From positions 620,001 through 684,000 of the forward strand of contig JAKMXF010000221.1 of the NCBI GenBank assembly GCA_024704765.1: a stretch of DNA of 64,000 nt, in the 5' to 3' direction. The stretch is from Oopsacas minuta (lineage: Eukaryota; Animalia; Porifera). The notes below the pieces were generated by a model. That model was given only the letters and a program-made list of their open reading frames with translations. It searched no databases and was not told the DNA's origin. Below, one piece after another: positions 10,519 to 21,438 of the stretch. Position 1 is the stretch's first letter. The number at the start of each line of letters is the position of its first letter. The position numbers and the translations under genes were made by a program.

Positions 10519-11522
10519 TTTGTTGTGTTTTGTTTAGGTTAATTATTAACAAATGTGTTTATTTCAAATTGTATTAAATTGTATAGAATTATTGAATATG
10601 AGTTTGGTTTACATTTCTACAGCGGTCCAAAGAGTGTCAATGGAACCCTTGGCGGTCTCCAGACAGCAGGGGTCCACAAAATGTGTTAAAATTGGTACAG
10701 GAGGTTTGTTAACAGGATATAGGTAGGGTAACCTCAGGCTAGGCCTCTGGACATTTCCTGTGAGAGGTTAAGACGAATGAAATGAATGTTATGTCAGCCG
10801 AAACGTGACAAAATTCTGAATTTTCCCGATTTAACAATTAGGTAAATATCAATATACTATAATCACGGGTTCAACACCTAGTGGATTACAGGACAAGAGG
10901 ACAATTCGGTCCGAATATGCGGAATAAAGGTGTTGAACCGATTAACTGGAACTAGCTAAGACTATTTGCAAGGTTCTGTTTCTGTAACCAGTTTAAGCTA
11001 ATTTAACTGTGAATATAAGAATGAGAATTACTTGGGTTAAAATCATATTTTGGGAGTGCTAAAGACATTTTTACACCTCTGGGGTCACGCACCGCCGGGA
11101 TCCCTCCAGAAACACAGTGGCCTTATCCCTAGAAGTTGTATGAGATGGATATTTCAATATCTTTGGTGTACTATACATATTTTTGGTGTTGAATATTCTG
11201 TTACAGAAATCGGGAGAGTTTTATTGAAACTCAAATTCGTAATTAGAGTGGGTGATCTGATTATTTATGTAAACTTGCTGATTTTAAGACGTATATTCTA
11301 ACTGAAAGTAGGAACTAACATTCTTGAGAAGATAACATTGGAAATCTAATTCAAAAACTAATATAATTATGTAATTTAGAATATTAGGAGGTATCTATTT
11401 CCCGTTTAACAAATGAGGAAGGCGGGAATAAGAGTGTTTGAATTAATACGGGGGATTGTAATAATGAGTGATAGCTTTAATATAAATAATATCAAATTAA
11501 TAATATTTCAAGCTGAAAGGAA

Positions 11523-11834
11523 ATGGAAATAGAGATGAAACGTCAGAGGATCAGAAAGTTAGGCCAATTATGGAAAAATAAAGAGCTGTTAGGGGAATTG
11601 AAAATGGCAGGGTTGAAAAAAATATTGTATTCCGTTCATGTTAACAAAGATGTAGAGAAGGTGTTTATTAAAGAAAGGAAAGATATAAAATCACGAGGAT
11701 ATGTGGAAAAATCAAGAGACAAAGAAAGAGCTGGAATTGAAGAGTTAGAACAGGTTAAAGAAAACTTGAAGTTTGAAATACAAACTTTGAAAGCTGAGAT
11801 CAGAGTTTATGAAGAGTTAATTAAGAAGAATTAA
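11523..11834 (+). CDS. small Maf-like bZIP protein
   Basis: RKDIKSRGYVEKSR matches the Maf RRTLKNRGYAQSCR motif and is followed by the zipper LEQVKENLKFEIQTLKAEI. Confidence 0.7.
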   Translation: MEIEMKRQRIRKLGQLWKNKELLGELKMAGLKKILYSVHVNKDVEKVFIKERKDIKSRGYVEKSRDKERAGIEELEQVKENLKFEIQTLKAEIRVYEELIKKN

Positions 11835-12004
11835 CATGGTTTGTCAGCTGGCAACTACTTGTAAAATGCTCTATTTATATATTATTTGAGTTTACATATA
11901 TACAGAAAACTCAGAAATTGATTGTCTAAGTATTGTTATGTTACAAACTCTGATATTCAATTGATTAAAATTTGAAAATAATTCTAATATACTCGATCAG
12001 CTGA

Positions 12005-13490
12005 TCACAGATGAAAGGTGTGATAACAGTGATAATAATTTTCTGCAGTTTTGGGTTTAGACATTGACAGGAGCTCAATAGAAAATATCTTTTCTTCACC
12101 AATTTCAAAACTGGAATAATCCCTCACAAACATCTCAACCAAATCCTGACGATTGAATTTGAACATTCTTTGTTTAAAAGGCCCGCTCAAAGTTTTACTC
12201 GTTTTTGCTAAAGTTAAGTGAGGTGTGAATTCTGTAATTTCCTCAAAATATTGTGAATATTTCTTTGAGAAAATATCAGACAAAGAAAATGCGATTTCTG
12301 AGAGTATTTGGTAATTATTATCTTTCAAAAGAGAAGCAAATAAGACTTTATTGGAAAAATGACCAATTCCTGTCAAATTCAAACTGAGAGTACCTACATT
12401 GATAAAACTTCTGTAATTCTCAGTAAATAATCATTTCAACCAATCAGCTGTTCTAGAATTTAAATTTGGCGCTTAAAATCACTATTTATAAGCGCCATTT
12501 TTGATATAATTATCTGAATCTTGTTTGTTTGTTTGTTGTTTATCAAGATTTACATGTTTACAAAATTCACATTTTCACCAGTAATAATATCTCCCAGATT
12601 TGGCGCCTAATAATATAAAGTACAGCTATTGATTGGTTGAAATTCCACGAATAACAACATACCTTTATGACGTAATCTGAATTCATTTAAAACTATTGTT
12701 ATTAGCTCAATAGCATTTCTAATATTATCCAAATCTTCTCCAGTGTAAAGTGCTAGAAGTGTAAAATGAAATAAACTAGGCCTAATTAAAGTTCGGGAAA
12801 CACTAGCATCTGATAGGCTAAACTCTGACTGAATAGCAGATAGTTTGGATATAATAGGCGGGGATGTTATATGTACACCTATAAATGTGTCGATTCGAGG
12901 TTTGATAGGCTTTTCCTTTCCAGAACCTCCTACAGCTATAAATAGACAAAATAATCAAATACAGGGAAAGAGGTTTGTCACGCCAAAATTGGTCTGGGAC
13001 CATTTTTGGCAGGCCAGATTTGGTCTGGAGCAATATTTTGTGACAGGTTAAGTGGTATAGGGTGGCAGGACCACTTTTCACACCCCAGAAATTATTTTAT
13101 AATTAACTCACGGTTTTTAGTTTTCACCTTGGTATCAGCTGTAAAACTGATTGGTTGAAATTGAAATTTTTGCGGTGAAGTCTTTGGGGGAAATTGTTGA
13201 TATTTGTGTGTAGAATATGGAACCATAGGTGTTGGATTTGGAACTATGGGTTTATCAGCTGTATCCACTACAGGTTCAACAGGTGTAGGCATAACTTTAT
13301 CGTTATTTTTATCAGCTAGGTATCTGACAGGTCGAGCAGAAGCAGGTACAGTTGGATATTCATTGAAGGATGACATATTAATATTTCTAAATCTTAACAT
13401 CAACAATTTTCTTAAATAATTATTAATAACAAATGGAACTAACACTGATCTGCGGCCCAATAGACCCAAAAAACGTCCGTATTCCCTCAT
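12005..13490 (-). CDS. AKAP7-like 2H phosphoesterase, 4-exon model
   Basis: Phase-compatible exons ~13490-13444, ~13387-13128, 12929-12663 and 12393-12005. Both HxT motifs are present (LFHFTLL, FTPHLTLAK), with KPRIDTFIGVHIT and GIGHFSNKVLF matching the AKAP7 domain. Confidence 0.75.
12976..13045. repeat. short MITE-like insert in an intron of the AKAP7-like gene
   Basis: Ends TGTCACGCCAAAAT / ATTTTGTGACA are imperfect inverted repeats; internal TTGGTCTGG repeats. Confidence 0.4.
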
Positions 13491-13793
13491 AAACGACCCA
13501 AGGATCCGTAACTTGTTGTATCCATAAATTGTCCCTTAAAGGTGTCAAAATATTCATATTTTCACAAGAATGTCCTCCAATCAGAGACGGGAGTACACTC
13601 GGCAAAAGACTGTTTTTATTTTTATTTTCTGTTCAATTTTTATTACAAAACAAAACAAAAAGAAACAAAATGCCAAACAGAAGAGATAAAGTAAGCCTAT
13701 TTTATTTTGGCGCCTTCCCGCTTCGAGAAGATGCTTTTTGATAGAATTATGTACAGCTGTCTATCATTTGATTGGACGGAAAATATTCCGCGC

Positions 13794-16700
13794 CTAAAAG
13801 AGAGGTTTTGTAGTTTGATTGGAGGATATTGGTGTTTTGGTTGGTAACGGCGGAAAGGATTTGGGGCCTCTTTGGGTGACAAGGGCGAAGGAAGGTGTGA
13901 GAGGATCCTTAGGGATCAAGGGGGCAGAGAGAGCAGTATTAATGAACTCATTAGCAGCAGAGAGAGAGAAATTCTTGGCGGTTAGGACTTGATCTAGGTC
14001 ATGTGTATCTATCCCAGGGAATAAGCTGTAGAGTTGGTGCTTGGCTTGTTGGGTGGGATCATCCGGGGGTACCCAAGCGCTACCTTGTCCAGGGGGTACA
14101 TAATATGGGTCCACTGATTGAGCAGATTTGCACCATAACTGGTGTATCAACTGAGCCGTATCTTCTGAGAGGACAATTTGAGAGAGGGATTGGTCTAAAC
14201 TGCCCTCCTTCGTGTACCCCGGGATGGGACCGAATTGTTTGATCAGCTGTTTGGCAAGGACAGGGTCCAATTGTAGGACATATGGAATTGATTCTGAATT
14301 AGTCACGTCATGAAAGTTCGATTCTGATTGGCTGGGAGTATCAAAACTCTTAACCAATGAACTGGTGTCTATCCAGGTGGTTGTTGTAGTGGCAGGTGGC
14401 ACTGTTGGCACCTTTGTGCTCTCAAAACTGTTCTGCTGCCACTTCTTATCAGAGGTGTCATCTAATAGGACAGTTTTAAACTCAGGGGCGGTGGCGTCAA
14501 GCGGTGTAGTGACTTTCTCACTTATTTTAGGAGACCGCATTTTCTTTGGCATAGCAACCTGTGAGGACATTGGTATGTCAAGATTAAGTGCTTCTGCCTG
14601 ATCAATAATGGCCTCTACTGCCCTGTCAATATTGTTATCATGCTCTTTTAAAAACACCTTTAATTCAGTCAGGGGGAGGGTAGGGAAGAACCCCCTCAGA
14701 TGGGACAGTTTGTCCTGATCGTCGAGTTTCATTTGGACAGGTTTGGAGGGTGCAAATGGCTTCCATGGGACAGCGAATGGGTTCAGTTTTGAGTTCCTTG
14801 GATCGTCAGTGTCACTACGAGGGGAACTGGTCTCACTGTTCCCATTTTTTCTAGAGAGGATAGGGGTTGATGATTTGGACCATTCCCATTCAGCCCCAGC
14901 GGGTAACATGATCCTGGAACTATCTCCCAAACTAGAACTAAGCTTAGTTCCAGATAGTGACAGGACATTTTCAGGATTGTCACTATCCAAAGATTTATAT
15001 CGAGAAAATGATGGAGTAAACTCTGGAATCTCATTGGATGATTTGAGACTAGAAGTGGAGTGTTTTCTAGGTGGTTGAATTGTTGGATCAAAATTTGATT
15101 TCTTGACACTTCCATTTGTGCTATTTTTAGCTACTATCTTATCCTTATGTGTCATAAAATTAGACCCCCAACCTGTCCAAGAGCCCCATTGTATAGATGA
15201 TTTGTCCTCTGTGAGAATATTTGTGTCCGGTTGTTGCCCCTCTGGGGACAGAATTTGGGGACTACACTTGTCACTATCAGAGGAGTCCCCCCAGTCTATT
15301 TTCTCAGATAATAGTTCTGGTTTATGAGAGGATATAACTGGAGTAATATTTGTGGAAAGGAATGGTATCTCATTTGCATTTGTATAACTCATTAATGTGT
15401 CTTTTCTTGCTAGACACATTTCGTCAGTTTGTATAATATTAACACCTTGATTAGAGCCACTTGTAGATGGAGGTAGGTCCACTTGATGCTCACTCAAAAC
15501 TGACTTGGTTTCAGTTGCAGTTTCACCAGGGAATACATGTGAATCGGGAATAAATTCATTTTGGTTGTCTGATAATTTGAAAGAATCTATAGTTGCTCTG
15601 GAAATTTGTTCTGAACAGGTTTCTCCATTATAATTGGTCAATAACCGTGAAGAGCTGTAAGGCTTGTTTGAATTATTGTCCATAGCAACAAAGGAATGTT
15701 CTAGGGTCCCTGTGGTGGAATTGGAAGTGTCACAGGGGGACAAGGTTGCAGAGTCTTCGATGATGTCATTATTATCAGTACCATTGTTTAGTTCCAGTTT
15801 ATAACTAGTATCAGGTGTTTTATCTTCCAGTGGAATTTTATGGTTTGTTAGCTTCAAACTTATTTCTGTTTGTTTAAAATCCAAATTGTTTTTAGAAAGC
15901 TCGGTTTTGATTGGAGGAGTCTGATATTGTATTTCTGAATTATTGAACATTCCTTGGTTGCTAGGGAGCTGTTTCCTCTCATTGGTTAATAAGGCCCCAG
16001 TAGGAGGGCTTTGTAAGTTGATGTCTGATTGGTTAATTTCTGGTTTAGTTTGTAGCTTGTTTACAGCTGGTATTGATTCAAACGGGAAATGGTCCATTCT
16101 AAAACTAGAACTTTGGGCGGGTAATCTGTTATTCATTCTCTGATGTGAGTAAACAGGCGGGATTTGAGTATGCATACGAGCTTGTGAATATACTGCCTGG
16201 TTCCTGAACTCTTTCTTAGGAGATATATGAGTATTGGAACTAATCTGATTGGTGTAAATTTTGGCGCGTGATTGCATCATATGTTGTAAATATTTTTGAT
16301 AGTTATGCTGGAAATTAGCAATCTGTGTATGAGAGAGCTGTGAGATTACATGAGCAGGCAGTAACAACTGTGCTAACGGGAAATTACTCTGTGATAGCAA
16401 TATCTTATCGATGTTAATAATATCCTGGAGAATATCCAAGCTCTGTAGATTAAGGCAAAATAAGGTGTTACTTTTGGGGAGTTTAGATAGTTCCTGAATC
16501 AGCTGTTGATTGAATCGCTCCTGATTTGAGATAATAGAACTTGGATCTTGGGGTAAGGTATGTGTAGTTTCAATACCCTGGGGTAGTGGATCGATTGGAA
16601 GTATAGGCCCGATGGAATGGGGGATAGTTTCAATATCAGGTGTAGTTTCAATACTATGGGGTAAAGATTCGATTTGAGGTATAGTTCCGTTATCATGTGG

Positions 16701-18035
16701 TATAGTTCCAATTTGAGTAGTCTCATTACTATGAGGTATGATGTCAATTGAATCTGTAGTAGTTTCAAGAATTGGGCTGGTGTCTGGAGGTGTGAAAACC
16801 TGATCCTCAATGGAACTATCGACAGGAGGGGATGTTTCCAATACGATGCTATACCGGTCTGGTATCTCAACATCCTCAATAAGACGGTCTATATTGTCCT
16901 CGTTTGGAGATGGGGACACTGATAGAAGGGGATTGAGGTCTGTAATGGAGGCTTTATCTCTGAGAGGAGAACTGTCAATACTATCTGTGGAACTGTTAAG
17001 ATTTTCGTCCTCTAGGTCTGGGTCATATTCTTGGTTCTTGGTCCCATTCTCCTCCATAATTTGCCTCATGGCTATTTTCCCTATAACGGTTTCAACAGTA
17101 GGATACTTCTGGAAACGTTTTAGCATTCGTTTAATAGTCTCAACCGGTACACCATGAGAATTATGTACATATAGTTGGTCTGGGTCATAGCGCCAAGGGG
17201 TCGATGGTTCCACAAACTCGATCCTGTATCCGTGACGTAGACCTGTCTCTACATAGGGACGCATCTCCCAGAATGTCGTGTTTGTGTTGTCTATAACCAC
17301 AGGACTGACTCCCTCTGAGATGGCCTCTCTCGCTCTCTCTTGGTTCCGTTTATGATACACTGCAACTTTCTTAGGATCAAACACGTATTCACCGTTTGAC
17401 TGTATAAAGAAGTCATCTGTTGAAAATATTCTACCATTCCTTCCCTTCAATTCGGTTGCTAGGGTCGACTTTCCACTACCCGGACATCCTCTCATGATAT
17501 AAAGCACTTGAGAATTCAACTCGGGTATTTTCTCAATTGTATCCTTGACAACGGGATGGTCAGAATGGAATGTAGGAATAGAATCAGTTTCAATATCAGT
17601 ATACATTTCTTCTTTCTCACTCAACCAATCAATTTCATTCTTGCTACATTCTTTATTAGGCCTCTTAAAATCCCCGCCCATTTCTCTTAACCAATCAGAA
17701 CTCTCGACAGCTTCCTGTGTTATAACTGTATGTGGATTATTCTGCATTCTTTCTAGACGAGAGAAGGGGAGTTCAACTTTACCAACGATACCAGCACCAC
17801 GGCCTATACCCAATCGGGCCCTTGTACTGGGGACCACACCCTGGATCGGTTGAGGATGCTTCCCCTCCATATTGACTAGAAACGTGATTTCCTTGTCACC
17901 AATTTTGAGGATTTTCTTAGAAGGGCTAATAGATGGGTAACAAGTATTGGGCAGGGGTGGTGCCTGTTGGAGCCCCCGGACCACTTTAGGTGGCTCTTTA
18001 GGGGGCGGAGAACCTCGAGGTAAGGAGGGGTCCAT
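13794..18035 (-). CDS. N4BP2: NEDD4-binding protein 2-like: P-loop polynucleotide kinase domain, long low-complexity linker, two CUE-like domains
   Basis: MRGCPGSGKST, FSTDDFF, PVVIDNTNTTFWEMRPYV, RNSHGVP-like VHNSHGVP; CUE-like LRGFFPTLP..DNNIDRAVEAI and LYSLFPGID..NFSL; LQLDPVLAKQLIKQFGP and LIHQLW match N4BP2 C-terminal blocks. Confidence 0.85.
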   Translation of the reverse strand: MDPSLPRGSPPPKEPPKVVRGLQQAPPLPNTCYPSISPSKKILKIGDKEITFLVNMEGKHPQPIQGVVPSTRARLGIGRGAGIVGKVELPFSRLERMQNNPHTVITQEAVESSDWLREMGGDFKRPNKECSKNEIDWLSEKEEMYTDIETDSIPTFHSDHPVVKDTIEKIPELNSQVLYIMRGCPGSGKSTLATELKGRNGRIFSTDDFFIQSNGEYVFDPKKVAVYHKRNQERAREAISEGVSPVVIDNTNTTFWEMRPYVETGLRHGYRIEFVEPSTPWRYDPDQLYVHNSHGVPVETIKRMLKRFQKYPTVETVIGKIAMRQIMEENGTKNQEYDPDLEDENLNSSTDSIDSSPLRDKASITDLNPLLSVSPSPNEDNIDRLIEDVEIPDRYSIVLETSPPVDSSIEDQVFTPPDTSPILETTTDSIDIIPHSNETTQIGTIPHDNGTIPQIESLPHSIETTPDIETIPHSIGPILPIDPLPQGIETTHTLPQDPSSIISNQERFNQQLIQELSKLPKSNTLFCLNLQSLDILQDIINIDKILLSQSNFPLAQLLLPAHVISQLSHTQIANFQHNYQKYLQHMMQSRAKIYTNQISSNTHISPKKEFRNQAVYSQARMHTQIPPVYSHQRMNNRLPAQSSSFRMDHFPFESIPAVNKLQTKPEINQSDINLQSPPTGALLTNERKQLPSNQGMFNNSEIQYQTPPIKTELSKNNLDFKQTEISLKLTNHKIPLEDKTPDTSYKLELNNGTDNNDIIEDSATLSPCDTSNSTTGTLEHSFVAMDNNSNKPYSSSRLLTNYNGETCSEQISRATIDSFKLSDNQNEFIPDSHVFPGETATETKSVLSEHQVDLPPSTSGSNQGVNIIQTDEMCLARKDTLMSYTNANEIPFLSTNITPVISSHKPELLSEKIDWGDSSDSDKCSPQILSPEGQQPDTNILTEDKSSIQWGSWTGWGSNFMTHKDKIVAKNSTNGSVKKSNFDPTIQPPRKHSTSSLKSSNEIPEFTPSFSRYKSLDSDNPENVLSLSGTKLSSSLGDSSRIMLPAGAEWEWSKSSTPILSRKNGNSETSSPRSDTDDPRNSKLNPFAVPWKPFAPSKPVQMKLDDQDKLSHLRGFFPTLPLTELKVFLKEHDNNIDRAVEAIIDQAEALNLDIPMSSQVAMPKKMRSPKISEKVTTPLDATAPEFKTVLLDDTSDKKWQQNSFESTKVPTVPPATTTTTWIDTSSLVKSFDTPSQSESNFHDVTNSESIPYVLQLDPVLAKQLIKQFGPIPGYTKEGSLDQSLSQIVLSEDTAQLIHQLWCKSAQSVDPYYVPPGQGSAWVPPDDPTQQAKHQLYSLFPGIDTHDLDQVLTAKNFSLSAANEFINTALSAPLIPKDPLTPSFALVTQRGPKSFPPLPTKTPISSNQTTKPLF

Positions 18036-19171
18036 TATCAGTAATTAAAAATAATACAATACAACGATATATGAGATAAGTTTTCAAGAGGTGTTTCCGC
18101 TTGAATAAAAATCAAACATTAAAAATGACCCAGTATAGCATGTTACCAGACAATAGGACAGGAGCTAAAGTGATGTATAAAAGGTGTTAAGGTTATTCAT
18201 ATAAACAGAGGGGGGTTCCCAACCTTGTAGGCCTTTAGCTCTCAGTTTGGGAACAGCTTTTATATAGACTATATCAAATCTTAATGTGTTACTATATTAC
18301 AGTAATACATACATATTTAGGATAACTTTCTAATTAACCAATCAAATTGCAGTGAAATGGAGCTAATAATCTGGCGCCTATTTTACCTGAAGTAAAAAGA
18401 GCTTTGAAATAATCATATTTTTGGGTACATATTAATTTACAAAATAATTCATATTACTTATTTGATAAAGTACGTTGCCATGGTGATCTTAAGGAGTGTT
18501 ATATGATACCTAGGGTCACAGGAGGTCGCCCAATGATACACGCCAATGAGCGATGGATCAAATTTTATTTATGAAATAAGAAAAATGCATTTAACTCGCT
18601 TCATAACAATTCGGCTAAAACATAGCGTATGCTAGATGTAAGCCGATCCTCTGGATGACAGTTCTCGCATATTCCTGTATATTATACCGGTTGTAAGCAC
18701 CATCCTCTGGAAAACGGTTCTCATATATAAAAAAATTCGTCACCTTTTCTCAGAGGTGTGTTAATGTAATTATGATACTCCTACCTGTCAGTTTGGACAG
18801 TTACTTGTTGTTTGGTTCCAGTTTCAACTTTATATAGCTTCACACCAAACAGCTACGCGGGACACAATACATATACATACAGGGCAATTAGTAAACAAAT
18901 AATCAAAATATAAACAAACAAGCAAATATAAAATCAAATAACAAACATGATGAAGTAATAATAACAATAATTATCCTCAAATATAACTCACAGGTTCTTT
19001 TGTAATATTTTGAGTTTGAGAGCTACATTGATATCCCTGGTTTTTTTACTAAAGATTTTTCAATCAAAACTAGCAAATCAATGAATGAAATATCAAAAAT
19101 ATCGCCAGATGGTTTCGATTTTATTTCATTGGTCTCTTCAGGGACATTTGTGTACTCCAGGGGAACATTAG

Positions 19172-19864
19172 TCAAAGGGACGGGGCGTCAATTTTGGGGG
19201 TTTCTTGGGGTGCTAATCCTTGAACCGAATGGTCGTTTGCTGGTGTCAAAATATTAAATGAATTAGAAATAGGAACTGTATAATTTGGTATACATTCCTC
19301 ACTGGTTGCTAGGCTATGCCTAATATCTGAGATATCAGAATTATCAAATTTTGGCGCCTCTTTTATTAACACCTGGCAATCATTACTTGATTTACCCGTG
19401 CGTTTACTCATAATTTTTTCAACAGTAGGATACTTCTGGAAACGTTTTAGCATTCGTTTAATAGTCTCAACCGGTACACCATGAGAATTATGTACATATA
19501 GTTGGTCTGGGTCATAGCGCCAAGGGGTCGATGGTTCCACAAACTCGATCCTGTATCCGTGACGTAGACCTGTCTCTACATAGGGACGCATCTCCCAGAA
19601 TGTCGTGTTTGTGTTGTCTATAACCACAGGACTGACTCCCTCTGAGATGGCCTCTCTCGCTCTCTCTTGGTTCCGTTTATGATACACTGCAACTTTCTTA
19701 GGATCAAACACGTATTCACCGTTTGACTGTATAAAGAAGTTATCTGTTGAAAATATTCTACCATTACTTCCCTTCAATTCGGTTGCTAGGGTCGACTTTC
19801 CACTACCCGGACATCCTCTCATGATATAAAGCACGCTACCACCTGTCTCATACAAACTAGCCAT
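19172..19864 (-). CDS. kinase-domain-only N4BP2 duplicate (N4BP2L-like)
   Basis: 230 aa; 19417-19834 is nearly identical to 17090-17507 (2 substitutions seen). Confidence 0.75.
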   Translation of the reverse strand: MASLYETGGSVLYIMRGCPGSGKSTLATELKGSNGRIFSTDNFFIQSNGEYVFDPKKVAVYHKRNQERAREAISEGVSPVVIDNTNTTFWEMRPYVETGLRHGYRIEFVEPSTPWRYDPDQLYVHNSHGVPVETIKRMLKRFQKYPTVEKIMSKRTGKSSNDCQVLIKEAPKFDNSDISDIRHSLATSEECIPNYTVPISNSFNILTPANDHSVQGLAPQETPKIDAPSL

Positions 19865-20045
19865 CTTAAATATGAACCAATCAAATTAACGTCTGTACTA
19901 TCAATGAATTCCAGAGATAACTGGCCAATGGGATTACAGACTGGTCAGTAGGCATAACAAATCAAAATAACAATAAATCTGAATTCATAGCTAATGCCAA
20001 TTGAGTAATGCATGATTATACAAATTGCAATAATAACAACAAACT

Positions 20046-20813
20046 TTATGAATTTCTATAAATAAATGAGTACAATGCAAATCCAATGAACACTATCCCG
20101 CCTATTATTGTGACTGTCCGTGTGGATATTTTCTCAGACAAGAATTTGCCCCCGAGTACGGCTAGTCCTGTGCATATACTGTGGCCCAATATGCCTCCCA
20201 TTGTTATACCAAATGGTTCCTCTCTGGCAGCTAACACTATGGTAGTTAATTGACTCCTATCCCCCCATTCCGCTAGGAATGTTAATGTGAAAGCTTGTAA
20301 GAAAACAGGGGAAATCCAGCGTCTCAGAAAAATTCGTCCATTCGTGATCCGATTCCCTCCGTTCTCTGCCTCATCCTCCCCGGTCTCCCCCTTACTGACC
20401 TCTTGTTTCACCTCTTCGAACTCTTCTTGTTCGCACCCCTCCTTCATGCGACACCCATCATACACCATTTTACCGCCAAATACTAACAGGAGTACACTAG
20501 CTATCGTCTGAGTCAAATACCGAGGAATTAGCTTAGCACTCATACCAACTAGAACTGAGAATGTATGCATAAGTCCCAAAGCAAAAATAGATCCGAGGAA
20601 TACGATCATTCGCGGCCGCCGCATAGCTAGAATAGCTGCGATAAAAAACGTTTTATCACCCAATTCTGAAACTACAATGAAAAGGAACGAAACAGCAAAT
20701 GCATGTACGAATCTAGTAATGAAGTCTGCTGAGTGATAAATTGATTGGTTAGGAATGTGGTCTTGCAGATCAGCCAGAGGATCCATACTGCTAATAAGAG
20801 ACAAATTATACAT
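20046..20813 (-). CDS. TMEM165: GDT1/TMEM165 Ca2+/Mn2+ antiporter, intronless
   Basis: Both UPF0016 motifs: VSELGDKTFF and LAEWGDRSQL; GHSICTGLAVLGG. Confidence 0.95.
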   Translation of the reverse strand: MYNLSLISSMDPLADLQDHIPNQSIYHSADFITRFVHAFAVSFLFIVVSELGDKTFFIAAILAMRRPRMIVFLGSIFALGLMHTFSVLVGMSAKLIPRYLTQTIASVLLLVFGGKMVYDGCRMKEGCEQEEFEEVKQEVSKGETGEDEAENGGNRITNGRIFLRRWISPVFLQAFTLTFLAEWGDRSQLTTIVLAAREEPFGITMGGILGHSICTGLAVLGGKFLSEKISTRTVTIIGGIVFIGFALYSFIYRNS

Positions 20814-21438
20814 AAAATTTAGTACCTTAGACCCCTTCCTCTTGTATACTACCTTTGAATAGAGCTACACATGAATATTTACAAACCAACCAATAAACAT
20901 ACATTCTAATTTAACAATGAATTCCACATGTATCCGATATAACTGATTGGCTGAAGGAATAAGAGGGAAATATAGTATGCTTATATACAGAATTATCTCA
21001 TAGTTTGTATTTTCAATTTAGGGAATTTTGTTTTTTGTTTTTAACAACTTAAAGGGTAAGTTTTCGTGACTGGTTTGAAAATATATTTAGTCAGACCGTA
21101 TATGAAATTATGAAATATGAAATTATGAAATATTTAATTATGATAAGTTTGAAAATGATTGTTAGATATTTTCGTGGTTCACCAGTGATCCCTGCATGGC
21201 ATTTATAGGAGTAAATAATCGCCTGGAATTGATACTTATGGATGTAAAACTTTGAAATCAGGGAAATTATTGTAAGGGATTGGCAAGTATCATGGGTCCA
21301 ATCTTTTTAAAATTATACGAAAAAACCTCAAATCACCGTCTGTGCCGACTTAAATTTTACCAAATGAATTTTAGTGGATTATAGAGACTATATTATTCTA
21401 CTAAAAATATGTATACCACCGTACTATGATTAAAATAT

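Noticed and set aside
10750-10815. Possible second hammerhead (CCTGTGAGA-GGTT...AGCC-GAAAC-GTGAC)
   Set aside because: Stem II and GAAAC are present, but the CUGANGA box is broken, position 16.1 is A instead of U and stem I does not close. At most a decayed copy.
17800-17880. G-patch-like GKHPQPIQGVVPSTRARLGIG near the N4BP2 N-terminus
   Set aside because: Only the C-terminal half resembles a G-patch; the LxxMGW/GxGLG part is missing.
21049-21353. TTAA-flanked segment suggesting a Kolobok or piggyBac element
   Set aside because: The termini (AGGG / CGAC) are not inverted repeats, and TTAA is frequent in this AT-rich DNA.
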